Shown: piece after piece, positions 1 through 9,116 of the stretch | How the letters are laid out: each line of letters starts with the position of its first letter | Position numbering within the stretch: position 1 is the first letter of the stretch | Source of the DNA: Bacteroidota bacterium | GTDB taxonomy: Bacteria > Bacteroidota > Bacteroidia > Bacteroidales > WCHB1-69 | Assembly (NCBI GenBank): GCA_029570835.1 | Contig: JAKPTX010000089.1 | Location: 34,637 to 98,636, forward strand | Direction: 5' to 3' | DNA length: 64,000 nucleotides | Program-made: the position numbers and the translations under genes | Notes under the pieces: model-generated | Told to the model about the DNA's origin: nothing | Database searches by the model: none | Seen by the model: only the letters and a program-made list of their open reading frames with translations

Positions 1-2079
1 ATGAACTCTGTCAAGACCTCGTACATTGTGTTCATGATTAGGATAAACGAAGTAATTTATTAATACTCCATCTGTAACAGCCTGATTTAACAGTTTTAAA
101 GAGTGTTGCCAAAGAACAACGTCATCTTTTCCACCATGAAATATGAGTAGATTCGCTTTAATGTTTTTTACTTTCGGAAGAATAGAGGTTGAGTGATATC
201 CCTCCGGGTTCTCTTCGGGGGTATCCATGTAACGTTCACCATACATAATCTCATATCCACTCCAATCTACTACCGGCCCCCCACAAGTTGCACTATTGAA
301 GTAATCGGGATATGTACTGATTAAGCTCAAAATCATAAATCCTCCATAACTCCACCCATCTAAAGAGATGTTTTTCGCATCAACATAGGGTTGAGATAAA
401 AGATATCTGACACCCGCCATTTGATCTTCCATTTCAAGAACTCCGAGTCTGCGATGGATTACTTGTTCAAATAGAGCTCCTCGTTTTGCGGTACCCCGAT
501 TATCTAGAGTGAATACAATATATCCTTGTTGTGCCATATAATTCAAAAACACACCTCCATTCATAAAAGTGTTAGTTACCAATTGAGAGTGAGGACCTCC
601 ATAAACGTAAAGAAATACCGGATATTTTTTTGATTTATTAAAATTAGGGGGGAAGATAATCCTACAGTACAAAGAGTCACCTTCGTTATTTTGAATTGTA
701 ACGATTTCAGTTTTTCCTAATTGAATGGAGCTGTAGGGGTTTTTTGCATTCAATAGCAATTTGGATTTTCCGTTGTAGCTATTGATCAATTCAATTTGTC
801 TCGGAGTTTCTAAATTGGTAAAATAATCGATAAAGAAATTTTTATCATCTGAAAACATAGGGGAGTGCGTGCCATCTTTATGGGTTAGACAAGTCGATTT
901 TTTAGATTTTAGGTTTAAAGAGTAGAGATAGTTACCAATGGGCGATGGGTTTGTACTAGTATAGAAAAGATACTTCTCTTTTGGATCCAGGCCAAAGAGC
1001 TCAGTTACTTCCCATTCTCCTTTAGTGAGTTGAGAAATAAGATCTCCATTGCGATTATAAAGATAGAGATGGTTCCATCCGTCACGTCTGGATTGCCATA
1101 TAAAGGATGATGAGTTATTAAAAAAGAGGGGTCTTGTTTGCGGTTCTACGTATCGTTCATCACGTTCTTGAATTAAGGTCTTCACCTTTTTACCGGTGTT
1201 AAGGTCGTACTCAATCAAATTCATTTGGTTTTGTTCTCGATTGACATGAGCAATGAAAAGGGATTTTTCATCAGGAGAAAAAGTAATGTTGGTTAGAAAT
1301 TCGCCATCTTCAAGATCTGTTTGAATATAATGATAAACCGATCGATTGGCTTCTATTGATTGATTTACATCAAAAATACCAACTTTAACCTGATGGCTAT
1401 TTTGACCTGCCATAGGATATTTTATGGTTCTATAAGTGGTGATATGCTCGTTAATATCAATGATAGGGTAATCTTCTACCATACTTTCATCCATTCGGTA
1501 GAATGCGATGTAGTTTCCTTTTGGTGAGATATATTGACCCTCATCAATTCCCCATTCACTACGGTGTACTGTTGATCCAAAAACAATGTTTATCCCGGTA
1601 TCCGGACAAAGCAGTATGGGTTGAAAATTATTTTTTTTACTTTTTACAAAGACTTGATTGTCTTCTTTAACAATAAACAGAAGCTCTTTCAAATCAGCAT
1701 CAATCCAATTCTCCGGTAAGGCGGGCTCTGTTACCGCAGCAGACTTAATAGAGACGATCTCATTGGTGGAAGGGAAATAAATATGATCCTGATCAACCCA
1801 AGTAAAATAGGGAAATCTGGTTAGGGCAATTACATCTCTTTTTTCGTTAATATCAGATAATGTAAGTTGTTCTTTTATTTGTCCACTTTTACCATCAAAA
1901 CAAAAGAGGGTATCATTTTGTATATAACAATATTGTTGAGTAGATGGTCTCCAGCTCAAATTTTTCAATTGGTCTATTTGGTACTTTCCTTTAAAAACAG
2001 CTTCCAAATCTATTGTTTGAGCATTAGCACAACTCAAGAAAGCACTCCAAAAAAGCGCTACTATAACATATCTTTTCAT
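1..2079 (-). CDS. S9B-family serine peptidase, dipeptidyl-peptidase IV-like (C-terminal end cut by the window edge)
   Basis: Absent from the ORF track because it runs off the left edge. The reverse strand is open from the ATG at 2079 (MKRYVIVALFWSAFLSCANAQ, signal peptide) to base 1, exactly 693 codons. It contains the nucleophile elbow DGWSYGGFM (rc of 331-360) and the C-terminal IFHGGKDDVVLWQHS...YPNHEHNVRGLDRVH (rc of 1-150). This is the Ser/Asp/His layout of DPP-IV-type peptidases. Confidence 0.8.
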   Translation of the reverse strand, partial: MKRYVIVALFWSAFLSCANAQTIDLEAVFKGKYQIDQLKNLSWRPSTQQYCYIQNDTLFCFDGKSGQIKEQLTLSDINEKRDVIALTRFPYFTWVDQDHIYFPSTNEIVSIKSAAVTEPALPENWIDADLKELLFIVKEDNQVFVKSKKNNFQPILLCPDTGINIVFGSTVHRSEWGIDEGQYISPKGNYIAFYRMDESMVEDYPIIDINEHITTYRTIKYPMAGQNSHQVKVGIFDVNQSIEANRSVYHYIQTDLEDGEFLTNITFSPDEKSLFIAHVNREQNQMNLIEYDLNTGKKVKTLIQERDERYVEPQTRPLFFNNSSSFIWQSRRDGWNHLYLYNRNGDLISQLTKGEWEVTELFGLDPKEKYLFYTSTNPSPIGNYLYSLNLKSKKSTCLTHKDGTHSPMFSDDKNFFIDYFTNLETPRQIELINSYNGKSKLLLNAKNPYSSIQLGKTEIVTIQNNEGDSLYCRIIFPPNFNKSKKYPVFLYVYGGPHSQLVTNTFMNGGVFLNYMAQQGYIVFTLDNRGTAKRGALFEQVIHRRLGVLEMEDQMAGVRYLLSQPYVDAKNISLDGWSYGGFMILSLISTYPDYFNSATCGGPVVDWSGYEIMYGERYMDTPEENPEGYHSTSILPKVKNIKANLLIFHGGKDDVVLWQHSLKLLNQAVTDGVLINYFVYPNHEHNVRGLDRVH

Positions 2080-2097
2080 AAAGGTTAACTCTCGTCT

Positions 2098-3321
2098 TTA
2101 AATCAGATTACATTTGTATTGTTCAACCGGAAGTTTTTGATCAATTTGTTCATTCCAGGGTAGTCCGTATTTTCCGATTTCAGCCATAAAAGGATCCGGA
2201 TCAAACTCCTCAACATTGAAAACACCTTTTCCTAGCCATTTTCCGGTAAGAATCATTTTTGCTCCCAGCATTGCAGGAACTCCGGTTGTATATGAAACAG
2301 CCTGAGCTCCAACCTCTTCAAATGCTTTAGCATGGTCGCAATTGTTCCAGATATAGTAAGTTCTTTCTTTACCATCCTTAATTCCTTTGATTTGACAACC
2401 AATAGAGGTTTCTCCTGTATATCCTTCAGCCAAAGAGGCAGGTTCGGGTAGTACAGCTTTTAAGAACTGTAGTGGAACGATTTCGATCCCCCCATATTGT
2501 ATAGGTTCAATACTAGTCATACCCACTTCCTGTAATACATTGAGAACCTGGATATACTTTTGTCCAAAAGTCATCCAAAAACGAGCTCTCTTAATAGTTG
2601 GGAAGTTCTTAACCAGAGATTCAAGTTCCTCATGGTAAAGGAGATAGGATTCTCTTTCTCCGATATTAGGATAAGCTATAGGTTTATGAATAGACATGGG
2701 ATCAATTTCCACCCATTTCCCATTTTCCCAATACTTTCCTTTTTGAGTAATTTCTCTAATGTTGATTTCGGGGTTAAAATTAGTTGCGAATGCTTTACCA
2801 TGGTCTCCAGCGTTACAATCTACAATATCCAGGTAATGAATTTCATCAAAATGGTGTTTTGCAGCGTAAGCAGTATAAATACTTGTTACACCCGGGTCAA
2901 ATCCACAACCAAGAAGTGCCATAATTCCCGCTTCTTTAAATCTATCATGATATGCCCATTGCCATTTGTATTCAAATTTGGCTTCATCTTTGGGTTCATA
3001 ATTTGCAGTATCCATGTAGTGAGTTTTAGTTGCCAGACAAGCATCCATAATAGCCAGATCTTGATATGGTAAAGCAACATTAATAACCAAATCGGGTTTA
3101 AATTGTTGAATTAAACGGATGGTTTCATCAACATTATCGGCATCTAATTGTGCTGTCTGAATCCGATTTCCACCTACAGCTTCTGCAATTTTATCGCATT
3201 TTGATTTTGTTCTACTCGCTAACATAATTTCGGTGAATACTTCCGGAACAGCAGCACATTTATGTGCAACTACCGATCCAACACCACCAGCACCAATAAT
3301 TAAAACTTTTGCCATAATCAA
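2098..3321 (-). CDS. Saccharopine dehydrogenase-family enzyme, probable carboxy(nor)spermidine dehydrogenase
   Basis: 407 aa with an N-terminal Rossmann motif KVLIIGAGGVGSVVAHK. Length and overall sequence fit the bacterial carboxynorspermidine/carboxyspermidine dehydrogenase group. The start may be Met3 (3315). Confidence 0.7.
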   Translation of the reverse strand: MIMAKVLIIGAGGVGSVVAHKCAAVPEVFTEIMLASRTKSKCDKIAEAVGGNRIQTAQLDADNVDETIRLIQQFKPDLVINVALPYQDLAIMDACLATKTHYMDTANYEPKDEAKFEYKWQWAYHDRFKEAGIMALLGCGFDPGVTSIYTAYAAKHHFDEIHYLDIVDCNAGDHGKAFATNFNPEINIREITQKGKYWENGKWVEIDPMSIHKPIAYPNIGERESYLLYHEELESLVKNFPTIKRARFWMTFGQKYIQVLNVLQEVGMTSIEPIQYGGIEIVPLQFLKAVLPEPASLAEGYTGETSIGCQIKGIKDGKERTYYIWNNCDHAKAFEEVGAQAVSYTTGVPAMLGAKMILTGKWLGKGVFNVEEFDPDPFMAEIGKYGLPWNEQIDQKLPVEQYKCNLI

Positions 3322-3377
3322 TCTAATTTTTATAAGTAAGTAAATATTTATATTTTATCATTTTATCATTTAGTCTG

Positions 3378-3385
3378 CAAAGATA
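3378..3385 (-). promoter_or_regulatory. Bacteroidota -7 promoter box (TAtcTTTG on minus strand)
   Basis: rc of CAAAGATA matches the TAnnTTTG consensus, about 57 nt upstream of the 3321 start. It is divergent from the lgt promoter. Confidence 0.45.
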
Positions 3386-3397
3386 AGATTTTTTTTG

Positions 3398-3405
3398 TAT
3401 GTTTG
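3398..3405 (+). promoter_or_regulatory. Bacteroidota -7 promoter box (TAtgTTTG)
   Basis: Matches TAnnTTTG, 32 nt upstream of the ATG at 3437. It lies inside the longer track ORF, which argues for the internal start. Confidence 0.5.
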
Positions 3406-3436
3406 CAATATCGTTTGTGTAAACTTTAACACTCTT

Positions 3437-4303
3437 ATGATCAATTCATTTAATTATATTAATTGGACAGTAAGTCCGGTTATAGTGTCCATAGGATCTT
3501 TTCAACTCAGATGGTATGGACTATTATTAGCCATAGGCTTTTATTTGGCATATTTGACGCTTCAAAAAATATTCAAAAAAGAGAATCTAAGTCAGCAATT
3601 ATTGGACAGATTGGCTATTTGGAGTATTGTTTGGACTTTTGTCGGATTGAGGTTGGGACATTTTCTCTTTTATGATTTTGAGTTCTTTGTAAAATATCCG
3701 TTACAGGTACTCCTTCCTTTTGATGAGGAGTGGAACTTTGTAGGTTATCAAGGTTTGGCAAGTCATGGGGCGGTGATATCATTGATTATTTTTCTTTCCT
3801 ATTTTGCATGGAAGCATAAAATGAAACCATTGTGGTTGTTGGATAGGTTATCAGTGGTAATCCCTATTGCGGCATCTTTTGTGCGAATTGGGAACTTAAT
3901 GAATCATGAAATTGTTGGCAGTATAACTGATGTTCCATGGGCTTTTAATTTCACACATGGAGGTTTTGGAGTTGCCGGAACATATCGTCATCCGGCACAA
4001 ATTTACGAATCTTTAGTTTATTTGATCCTTTTTTTATTTATGATTTGGTACTATTTTAAACATACTAAAGGAAAGATGCGTGCCGGTAGTACTACAGGAA
4101 TTTTGCTTGTTGTGATTTTTACAGCACGTTTTATTATTGAGTTTTTTAAAGAAGTTCAAGTTGCTAAAGAAACGGAAATGTCTTTATTAATTGGACAATG
4201 GCTTAGTATTCCATTTATTTTGATTGGAATTGCTTTGTTGATCTATTCTGCATTAAAAAAAGAGATTCCGGTATATACGGAGCCCAAAAAAGAAGTAAAA
4301 TAA
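3437..4303 (+). CDS. lgt: Prolipoprotein diacylglyceryl transferase
   Basis: Polytopic membrane protein with Lgt-typical motifs (GNLMNHEIVG, RHPAQIYESL). Start moved to Met15 of the track ORF because of the promoter position. Confidence 0.85.
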   Translation: MINSFNYINWTVSPVIVSIGSFQLRWYGLLLAIGFYLAYLTLQKIFKKENLSQQLLDRLAIWSIVWTFVGLRLGHFLFYDFEFFVKYPLQVLLPFDEEWNFVGYQGLASHGAVISLIIFLSYFAWKHKMKPLWLLDRLSVVIPIAASFVRIGNLMNHEIVGSITDVPWAFNFTHGGFGVAGTYRHPAQIYESLVYLILFLFMIWYYFKHTKGKMRAGSTTGILLVVIFTARFIIEFFKEVQVAKETEMSLLIGQWLSIPFILIGIALLIYSALKKEIPVYTEPKKEVK

Positions 4304-4353
4304 AGGTCATTTGGTTATAGTAGTTTATATTTCTTGTTTGTAATTATAAAAAA

Positions 4354-4959
4354 ATGGAAGATTTATTAAATTTAGAAATTGTTGATATTAGGAATTCAGG
4401 TTCTGCTAATGGAGCTTTTTTTCTGATTTTAAAAGAAAACAATGAGAATAAGATTGTTCCCATTATGATAGGAGAAACTGAAGCCAAGGCAATAGCAACT
4501 ATTTTATCTAATTTTAAATCCAAAAGACCTTCAATACACGAATTAACGGTCGATATTATCAGAAGAACAGGATTTGTAATCAATAGCATCTACATCAGTC
4601 GATTTGAGAACAGTATATTTTATTCGACTATAGTAATGGAAGATGGATCCAAAGAGATTGAGATAGACTCAAGGACGTCAGACGCTATTGCTATTGCATT
4701 ACTTTCTGATATTCCTTTCAAAATAAGAAGATCAATCTTTGATAAAGTTGCTACAAAAGTAGAAGAGGTTGAACTTGAGGATGTTCGTTTTATTAAAGAA
4801 AAAGACCTGTTAGCCCACATCGAAGAGGAATGGGACAAGGTCGAAGTTGAAAGAATATCAAACGATGACTTACAAATTCTACTCGATGAGGCTATATCAG
4901 AAGAGAACTTTGAATTAGCATTCAAGATTCACGAAGAACTTGAAAGAAGGGGAAAATAA
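4354..4959 (+). CDS. Bifunctional-nuclease (DUF151/BFN) domain protein with C-terminal UVR-like motif
   Basis: The N-terminal half resembles the BFN fold (IVPIMIGETEAKAIA...SRFENSIFYSTIV). The C-terminus DDLQILLDEAISEENFELAFKIHEELERR resembles a UvrB/UvrC (UVR) motif. Confidence 0.6.
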   Translation: MEDLLNLEIVDIRNSGSANGAFFLILKENNENKIVPIMIGETEAKAIATILSNFKSKRPSIHELTVDIIRRTGFVINSIYISRFENSIFYSTIVMEDGSKEIEIDSRTSDAIAIALLSDIPFKIRRSIFDKVATKVEEVELEDVRFIKEKDLLAHIEEEWDKVEVERISNDDLQILLDEAISEENFELAFKIHEELERRGK

Positions 4960-4964
4960 AATAA

Positions 4965-5225
4965 CTAAGCTTCAGCTGCAACAACTGAAACTACTGATTT
5001 TCCATTAGTTGTTTTTTTGAATTGAACAATACCATCAACTAAAGAAAATAGAGTATGATCTTTTCCCATTCCTACATTAACACCGGGATGATGTACTGTT
5101 CCTCTTTGGCGGATAATGATGTTACCGGCTTTGGCAACTTGACCACCATAAATCTTAACGCCTAACCTTTTACTTTCGGATTCACGACCGTTTTGTGAAC
5201 TTCCGACACCTTTCTTATGTGCCAT
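4965..5225 (-). CDS. rpmA: 50S ribosomal protein L27
   Basis: [24 protein letters not shown]..., 86 aa, immediately downstream of rplU. Confidence 0.95.
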   Translation of the reverse strand: MAHKKGVGSSQNGRESESKRLGVKIYGGQVAKAGNIIIRQRGTVHHPGVNVGMGKDHTLFSLVDGIVQFKKTTNGKSVVSVVAAEA

Positions 5226-5260
5226 AAAATCAATATTTTATACGTTAATATACAATTTAA

Positions 5261-5572
5261 TTAGACAGTGATATCATCTATTTTAATGGAGGTCAAATAT
5301 TGACGGTGTCCATTTAGTTTTTGATATCCTTTTCTTCTTTTCTTCTTAAAAACGAGAACTTTGTCTCCTTTAAGATGATGTAAAACGGTAGCGGTTACTT
5401 TTGCTCCATCAATAAGAGGAGAACCCACTTTGATAGCACCGTTGTCTTCCACAAGCATCACGCGGTCGAAATCGATTTGCGACCCTTCTTCAGCTTTTAG
5501 GCGATGAACATAGACTTTTTGGTCTTTTTCAATCTTAAATTGTTGCCCTGCTATTTCTACGATTGCGTACAT
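5261..5572 (-). CDS. rplU: 50S ribosomal protein L21
   Basis: MYAIVEIAGQQFK..., 103 aa, canonical rplU-rpmA order. Confidence 0.95.
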   Translation of the reverse strand: MYAIVEIAGQQFKIEKDQKVYVHRLKAEEGSQIDFDRVMLVEDNGAIKVGSPLIDGAKVTATVLHHLKGDKVLVFKKKRRKGYQKLNGHRQYLTSIKIDDITV

Positions 5573-5609
5573 TGTTAATAATAATTTTAATAAATACTGT
5601 TTGGGGCGG

Positions 5610-5617
5610 CAAAAATA
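5610..5617 (-). promoter_or_regulatory. Bacteroidota -7 promoter box (TAttTTTG on minus strand)
   Basis: rc of CAAAAATA, 38 nt upstream of the rplU start. Confidence 0.45.
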
Positions 5618-5784
5618 TAAAAAAAAAATGAGAAAATTAAAATATTTCTCAAATAAGTGTAATTTTTTTTGAAAATTTACGTTAAAGATAGTTACCGAAA
5701 TGAAATTTACTGGTAAATATTTCGTTTTGGCATAATATTATTATTAATCAAACTAGTAAGAATTTGTAAATATTTTTATTTTTT

Positions 5785-6639
5785 ATGAGACAATTAGTAA
5801 TTTCCAAGTCAATCACCAATAGAGATGGTGATTCGTTGGATAGATATCTTGCGGACATTGGTAAGGAGGGGTTGATATCCGCTGAAGAAGAAGTGGAGTT
5901 GGCAAGAAAAATCAAGATGGGTGACTCAGACGCTCTGGAAAAACTGACAAAAACAAATTTGAGATTTGTGGTTTCAGTGGCAAAACAGTACCAAAATCAG
6001 GGAATCGGTCTTCAAGATCTAATTAATGAAGGCAACTTAGGCTTAATGAAAGCAGCGACTCGTTTTGACGAAACCAGAGGTTTTAAATTTATCTCTTTTG
6101 CAGTATGGTGGATTAGACAAGCAATCCATCAAGCTATCGCAGATCAGGCACGAATTGTTAGATTACCTCAAAATCAGGTTGGAAGTATAAATAAATTAAA
6201 AAAAGAGATAGCAAAATTAGAACAATCTCTACAAAGACAGCCAACAATTGAAGAAATTTCTCAATTTGTGGAACTTCCGGAGTATAAAGTTGCAGAGCTA
6301 TTAAAAATGAACTCTCACACACAATCTATGGATGCTGCTATTTCTCCTGAGGAGGATACGGCATTTATTGATACATATGTCCCTGATACAGAGGAAAGAA
6401 CTGACAGTGCTTTGATGCGCGAATCTTTGAACAAAGAAGTGGAACAAGTACTGTCAATTTTACCGGAAACAGAAAGAGCAGTGTTAAAACTCTACTATGG
6501 AATTAATACGACTCACGAATATACTTTGGATGAGATTGGTGATAAACTTGATATTAGTAGAGAACGTGTCAGACAAATTAAAGAAAGAGCTTTAAAAACA
6601 TTGAGGCAAAAAGCAAGAAATACCAATTTTTCATACTAA
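5785..6639 (+). CDS. rpoD: Primary RNA polymerase sigma-70 factor (short Bacteroidota SigA/RpoD type)
   Basis: Region 2 (DLINEGNLGLMKAATRFD, FISFAVWWIRQAI), region 3, and region 4 (YTLDEIGDKLDISRERVRQIKERAL). The 284-aa length is typical of the Bacteroidota primary sigma. Confidence 0.9.
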   Translation: MRQLVISKSITNRDGDSLDRYLADIGKEGLISAEEEVELARKIKMGDSDALEKLTKTNLRFVVSVAKQYQNQGIGLQDLINEGNLGLMKAATRFDETRGFKFISFAVWWIRQAIHQAIADQARIVRLPQNQVGSINKLKKEIAKLEQSLQRQPTIEEISQFVELPEYKVAELLKMNSHTQSMDAAISPEEDTAFIDTYVPDTEERTDSALMRESLNKEVEQVLSILPETERAVLKLYYGINTTHEYTLDEIGDKLDISRERVRQIKERALKTLRQKARNTNFSY

Positions 6640-7596
6640 ATGTCTTTCAAGATTTTAGTCGTTGATATTGCTGATTCTTTATTAGTTACACAACTTGAAG
6701 CCATCGGTTTCTCTTGTGAAGTGAATTTGAAAATGACTCAACAGGAGTTTCAAGAAATTAAGACTCCTGTTGTTGGTCTTATTATTAGAAGTAGATTCCC
6801 CATAGATGCTCAAACTATTGATTCACATCCGGAATTGCGATTTATTGTTAGATTAGGAGCCGGTGTTGAAAATATAGATGTTGCCCATGCAACTTTTAAA
6901 GGTGTAGAGGTAATCTCAACGCCACAGGGAAATGCTCCTGCAGTGGGGCAATTTTGCTTAGCAATGCTATTAAATCGTTTACGAAATATTTCAGAATCTG
7001 ATAGAGAGGTACGAAGAGGAGAGTGGCTGAGGGAAAAGAACAAGGGAAAAGAATTAAGCTCTTTAACTATTGGAATTGTTGGTTTTGGAAATACCGGACA
7101 AGCATTTTATAATTTTTTAAAACCTTTTAATCCGGAAATATTGGTTTATGATCGTTATAAAACCGGATTTAAACAAGAATTTATTCAAGAAGTTTCGTTA
7201 GATGTGTTATTGAAGCGAAGTGATGTAGTCTCAATCCATATCAATTATATTGAGGAAAATCATTATTTTTTTAATGCTCAACTTTTTTCTAAAATGAAAC
7301 GCTCTCCAATTTTGATCAACACATCAAGAGGAGCAGTTTTGAATACTCAAGATCTTCTTAATGCATTAGATCAGGGATTAATTGATCATGCTTGTTTGGA
7401 TGTGCTGGAATTTGAAAATCACAGATTAACCATACCATCTCCAAAAGATTGGCCACCCATATTGAAGACGATAGCAAATCATACTCAAGTTACATTAACG
7501 CCACATATTGCGGGGCAGACTTTTGAATCAGAAAAACGACATGCTGAAATTGCGGTAGAGAAAATCCGTGCTCTATTAGAGCAAAAAAAGTTTTAG
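6640..7596 (+). CDS. D-isomer-specific 2-hydroxyacid dehydrogenase family protein (phosphoglycerate dehydrogenase-like)
   Basis: NAD-binding GIVGFGNTGQAF, plus the catalytic-domain motifs INTSRGAVL and LTPHIAGQT. Confidence 0.75.
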   Translation: MSFKILVVDIADSLLVTQLEAIGFSCEVNLKMTQQEFQEIKTPVVGLIIRSRFPIDAQTIDSHPELRFIVRLGAGVENIDVAHATFKGVEVISTPQGNAPAVGQFCLAMLLNRLRNISESDREVRRGEWLREKNKGKELSSLTIGIVGFGNTGQAFYNFLKPFNPEILVYDRYKTGFKQEFIQEVSLDVLLKRSDVVSIHINYIEENHYFFNAQLFSKMKRSPILINTSRGAVLNTQDLLNALDQGLIDHACLDVLEFENHRLTIPSPKDWPPILKTIANHTQVTLTPHIAGQTFESEKRHAEIAVEKIRALLEQKKF

Positions 7597-9011
7597 TTTC
7601 CGGAACAACCACTACATCCGTCAAAACAAAAAGTACAAAGTTTCTCTTTTGGCAATCCAATAGCTTCAACCAGTTCTTCCATTTTAACAAACTCTAAAGA
7701 GGTGATATGAAGTTGTTCCCGAATATGATTGATCATTTGGTGGTACTCTTTGGTTCCATAAGTGGCATAAAGTTCCAGGTTTTTATCGTTAGATCCTTCT
7801 AATTTTTCAATGGTCCTTCTGGTAATTAACTCTAAAACAGATTTTGATGCCGAAAAGTTGATGTATGGACAAGCAAAAATGAGGGGGGGACAAGAAATTC
7901 TCATGTGTACTTCCTTAGCTCCATAAGTAAATAAAAAATCAACATTGTTCTGGAGCTGAGTTCCACGGACAATAGAATCGTCACAAAATACTACAGATCT
8001 TCCGTTCAATAATTTTCGATTAGCGATGAGTTTCATTTTGGCAACCAATTCACGAACTTCTTGATTAGGGGGAGTGAAACTACGAGGCCAAGTGGGAGTA
8101 TATTTTGTAATAGCACGTCTGTAAGGTAATTTTGATTCTTCAGCATAACCTAGAGCCATTCCCACACCGGAATCAGGTATACCGGAAACAAAATCAGCTT
8201 GAACCTTGTCTCTTGAGGCAATTAACTTCCCCAGTCTTCTTCTGACATTATCAACATTGATTCCTTCATACTCTGAAATGGGAAATCCGTAATAGATCCA
8301 CAAGAATGAACAGATCTGCATTTTATCATTAGGTTTCCGAAGTTGTTTGTAGCCATCGGCAGTAATTAAAACAATTTCACCGGGACCTAAGAAATACTCA
8401 ATTTCATAATTCAAGTTTGAGAAAGCATTAGTTTCACTTGATACGGCATATCCATCAACATGATGTTTCCCAATGATTACCGGAGTTCTGCCATAATAAT
8501 CACGAATGGCAACAATCCCTTCAGCAGTTAGCATGAGTGCAGAAAAAGATCCTTTGACCTTATTAAATGCATTTTCAATACCATCAACGAGGTTCTCTCC
8601 TTGAGAGATGAGTAGTCCGATTAATTCAGTTGCACATGTTTTTCCCAAACTTAATTCGGCTATGTGGGCACCTTTAGAAAGAACTTCATCTTCTAATTCA
8701 GGGATATTGTTAATTCTAGCTACGGTAACTATTGCATATTTTCCTATACGGGTTTTCATGACCATAGGCTGGGGATCGGAATCACTAATCACACCAATTC
8801 CCGAATTACCTCTAAAAGAAGGGAGATCATCTTCAAATTTATTTCTAAAATAAGAATTTTCAATATTGTGGATGGCCCTGATAAAATTATTCTCTTCATT
8901 CATGGTTACCATCCCCGCCCGATGAGTTCCCATATGCGAATTGTAATCAATGCCATAAAAAAGATCTATAGAACACGCTCTGTTCTTGATAGTTCCGAAA
9001 AAACCACCCAT
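7593..9011 (-). CDS. Amidophosphoribosyltransferase-like protein (PurF-like, atypical N-terminus)
   Basis: Ntn-amidotransferase-like N-domain followed by a PRTase domain with the PRPP loop VVFCDDSIVRGTQL. It begins MGGFFG rather than MCG and ends with the Cys cluster CTFCFDGCSGCSGN. Confidence 0.65.
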   Translation of the reverse strand: MGGFFGTIKNRACSIDLFYGIDYNSHMGTHRAGMVTMNEENNFIRAIHNIENSYFRNKFEDDLPSFRGNSGIGVISDSDPQPMVMKTRIGKYAIVTVARINNIPELEDEVLSKGAHIAELSLGKTCATELIGLLISQGENLVDGIENAFNKVKGSFSALMLTAEGIVAIRDYYGRTPVIIGKHHVDGYAVSSETNAFSNLNYEIEYFLGPGEIVLITADGYKQLRKPNDKMQICSFLWIYYGFPISEYEGINVDNVRRRLGKLIASRDKVQADFVSGIPDSGVGMALGYAEESKLPYRRAITKYTPTWPRSFTPPNQEVRELVAKMKLIANRKLLNGRSVVFCDDSIVRGTQLQNNVDFLFTYGAKEVHMRISCPPLIFACPYINFSASKSVLELITRRTIEKLEGSNDKNLELYATYGTKEYHQMINHIREQLHITSLEFVKMEELVEAIGLPKEKLCTFCFDGCSGCSGN

Positions 9012-9038
9012 AAAAATAGAATTTTAAAAATTAATAGA

Positions 9039-9046
9039 CAAAAGTA
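9039..9046 (-). promoter_or_regulatory. Bacteroidota -7 promoter box (TActTTTG on minus strand)
   Basis: rc of CAAAAGTA, 28 nt upstream of the 9011 start. Confidence 0.5.
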
Positions 9047-9070
9047 CAAAAATTAGTGGTAAAAAAATCA

Positions 9071-9078
9071 TATTTTTG
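9071..9078 (+). promoter_or_regulatory. Bacteroidota -7 promoter box (TAttTTTG)
   Basis: 39 nt upstream of the ATG at 9117, divergent from the previous box. Confidence 0.5.
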
Positions 9079-9116
9079 TAAAGATAAATAACCCACTTAA
9101 AAATCTTCACTGTATT

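Noticed and set aside
1867-2088. A 73-aa plus-strand ORF at the left end of the window.
   Set aside because: It lies antisense to the 5' end of the much longer DPP-IV-like gene (1-2079, minus strand), which the ORF track misses because it runs off the edge.
2560-3072. Long antisense shadow ORFs inside well-supported genes. Examples: 2560-3072, 19340-19723, 30298-30714, 38212-38673, 41925-42530, 53899-54381, 55621-56112.
   Set aside because: Each lies fully within a gene with strong motif support on the opposite strand. The products are low-complexity or compositionally odd with no recognisable motifs.
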